Positions 47,110-48,822 of a stretch of DNA of 48,822 nucleotides are shown here, in pieces. The stretch covers positions 1-48,822 of the forward strand of contig JAYUVP010000107.1 of assembly GCA_043753995.1 (NCBI GenBank), in the 5' to 3' direction. The notes beneath the pieces are model-generated. The model made no database searches, was not told the origin of the DNA, and saw only the letters and a list, made by a program, of their open reading frames with translations. Source of the DNA: Fibrobacterota bacterium (GTDB lineage: Bacteria > Fibrobacterota > Fibrobacteria > UBA11236). The first letter of the stretch is position 1. Each line of letters opens with the position of its first letter. The position numbers and the translations under genes are program-made.

Positions 47110-48001
47110 AGGTTTTGCATTCCTTTCCAAAAAGGGCGGGGTGGGTAAGACCACCTTTACTCTCAATTGCGCCCATGCCCTGGCTTTTTCGGGCTATCGC
47201 ACCTTGCTTATCGACATCGATGGCCAGGCGAATTTAAGCCGACATTTGCTGGGCAAGCATCTCGATTCGCCGGATGCGGCGTCGTGGCCAGACATGGCCA
47301 AGGTCATTCAGGGGCGCACCCCCGCCGCCGAAGCGGTTTTAGAAACCGGCTATGACCATCTCGATTTGATTGCCGGTAGCACCACCCTGGATGACCTCCC
47401 GACTCTCGATCCTCGACTTCTACGAGAGCCGGCGCGTCTGAAGCAAATACTTGAACCGCTGCAAAGCTCTTATGACTTCATTCTCTTCGACTGTCCACCC
47501 AGCGTCAACTGGCTCACGCGCATGGTGCTGGTCACGGTTCAGTCGGTAATCGTTCCGGTGCAGGCCGAATCCTATGCCTTGCAAGGATTGCGCGATTTGG
47601 TCCCGCTGCTCGATCGCATGACGGCGACGGCGCAATTATTCCGCATCGTCATCAATATGTATCGACAAAACACCGGCCTTCATCAAAGCGTTTTGCGGGA
47701 AATCGAAAACGAATATCCGGGTCGAGTGGCTAAACAAAAAGTGCGCCTGACCATTCAATTAGCCGAAGCCGCGCGCGAAGGTTTAAGCGTTTTCGAATAT
47801 GCCCCGGCTTCGACCGGAGCCCTCGACCTTTATGCGCTTTGTTTCGAGCTTTTTCAGCTCGCTCCCGATCGCGTCCGTGCCCATGCCCATGCCCAGGCAC
47901 AAGCACAATCGAACCGAACCCATGTGGAAATGCCATTGGCCGATGCGCTTCTTTCCGGCGATGTCGACGGATTGATAACGACATCGGTTCAGGCTGAATA
48001 A
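47102..48001 (+). CDS. ParA/Soj family ATPase (no adjacent ParB)
   Basis: KKGGVGKTT, DIDGQANL, DCPPS, VPVQAE.YAL.GL, LAEA. TTG start overlaps the murA end. Confidence 0.88.
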   Translation: MAKGFAFLSKKGGVGKTTFTLNCAHALAFSGYRTLLIDIDGQANLSRHLLGKHLDSPDAASWPDMAKVIQGRTPAAEAVLETGYDHLDLIAGSTTLDDLPTLDPRLLREPARLKQILEPLQSSYDFILFDCPPSVNWLTRMVLVTVQSVIVPVQAESYALQGLRDLVPLLDRMTATAQLFRIVINMYRQNTGLHQSVLREIENEYPGRVAKQKVRLTIQLAEAAREGLSVFEYAPASTGALDLYALCFELFQLAPDRVRAHAHAQAQAQSNRTHVEMPLADALLSGDVDGLITTSVQAE

Positions 48002-48028
48002 ACTGTTTCTCCGCAAGAGGTCAAGCCG

Positions 48029-48822
48029 ATGACGCATCTCACTAAAGTCTGTTTTTTAAAGGCAGGTCTTAGCAACGCTATCTGCGCCGGAGCCCTAGGG
48101 TTTTGGATGGGGCGGTTTGCCACCCTCACCGTCGCGATTTTAATGCTTAGCCAGGCACCCCATGCTCAAAGCATCAACCGCGATATGATCAATCAATTGT
48201 TGGACGAAGGCGAAATTACCAAGGCTGAGACGAGCTTGGCCGACGCCTTAAAGCGCGGCGAGGAATTGACCTATCTCGATAGTCTCTATGCCCTGAAAAA
48301 TTTGGGTGTGCTTTATGCCTCACAACCCAAAAAGCAGGTCAAAGCCGACAGTCTTTTTGAAAAGCTGCTTCGCCTCGATCCTTATGCCTCTTTGCACGAT
48401 ACCTATGCAAGCAATACCATCATCGCGCGCTTCAAGAAAATCCGCAAAGCCTATCAGGAGCGTATCGGTGGCAAAGCCCTGGTGCCTACCTTAGCGGCCT
48501 TTGACATTCTCACCGAGGGCAAACGACTTCGTGATGAAGAAAAAATCACCATGACCCATCAGTTCATCGCCGAATTGCAGCGCCTCACCATTTTTCACAC
48601 CCTCGATCGCAGCGTCCTTTCCGAAGCATTAACGCGCATGCAGAAGCAGTCGTCGAATTGCGAAGATCGTACCTGTCGACTCGACATGGCCAGGCGACTC
48701 ACCGCCGAGAAAATGATCACCCTTGAAATCGGGCGCCTGGACACGAATTGGGTGACGCAAATGACTCTGATTGACGTAGACAATGGTCAAACCAGCACTT
48801 CCCTGCGCAAGGTTTTTTCTTA
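48029..48822 (+). CDS. Truncated exported protein: helical TPR-like region plus CsgG/HfaB-like domain
   Basis: Open frame from ATG 48029 (AAGAGG RBS) to the window end. Contains LGVLYA..A...F..LL.LDP and FHTLDRS...C.DR.C....A..L.AEKMI...IG.L......LIDV..G. Confidence 0.7.
   Translation, partial: MTHLTKVCFLKAGLSNAICAGALGFWMGRFATLTVAILMLSQAPHAQSINRDMINQLLDEGEITKAETSLADALKRGEELTYLDSLYALKNLGVLYASQPKKQVKADSLFEKLLRLDPYASLHDTYASNTIIARFKKIRKAYQERIGGKALVPTLAAFDILTEGKRLRDEEKITMTHQFIAELQRLTIFHTLDRSVLSEALTRMQKQSSNCEDRTCRLDMARRLTAEKMITLEIGRLDTNWVTQMTLIDVDNGQTSTSLRKVFS

Noticed and set aside
1..48822. CRISPR arrays, IS elements, integrases, prophage, defence systems, tRNA/rRNA
   Set aside because: No repeat-spacer periodicity, recombinase/nuclease/RT motifs or tRNA/rRNA signatures seen by eye. 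tRNAscan and cmscan were not run.

Overview
Gene-dense, moderately GC-rich bacterial chromosomal segment. Protein style suggests a flagellated Fibrobacterota/FCB-group organism; this is inference, not a database result. Contents in order: LarA-superfamily + Fe-ADH operon, lpxH, 2Fe-2S ferredoxin, RluA-family synthase, redoxin, PAS-PP2C phosphatase, galE-AAA-VWA operon, small ORF-GT9-GGDEF operon, ddl, TsaB-RimI fusion, cyclophilin, YdcF, a degenerate GH2, cysA-prepilin peptidase, esterase, LOG and a GT9-like gene. These are followed by a sigma54-preceded flagellar operon (flgBC-orf-fliEFGHIJ) ending in a ~1500-aa secreted Ig-like protein, then secA-tmk-S41 protease, a DUF2807 lipoprotein, a membrane protein, a YjfB-like peptide, murA-parA and a truncated TPR/CsgG-like gene. 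I recognised no rRNA, tRNA, CRISPR array, prophage or transposon. The best leads are flagellum-linked: a large surface protein coupled to fliJ, two small proteins sharing a C-terminal GxxVDxxA motif, and back-to-back sigma54/sigma28-like promoters. A probable GH2 pseudoenzyme, an atypical MurA and a SecA insertion are also worth checking.
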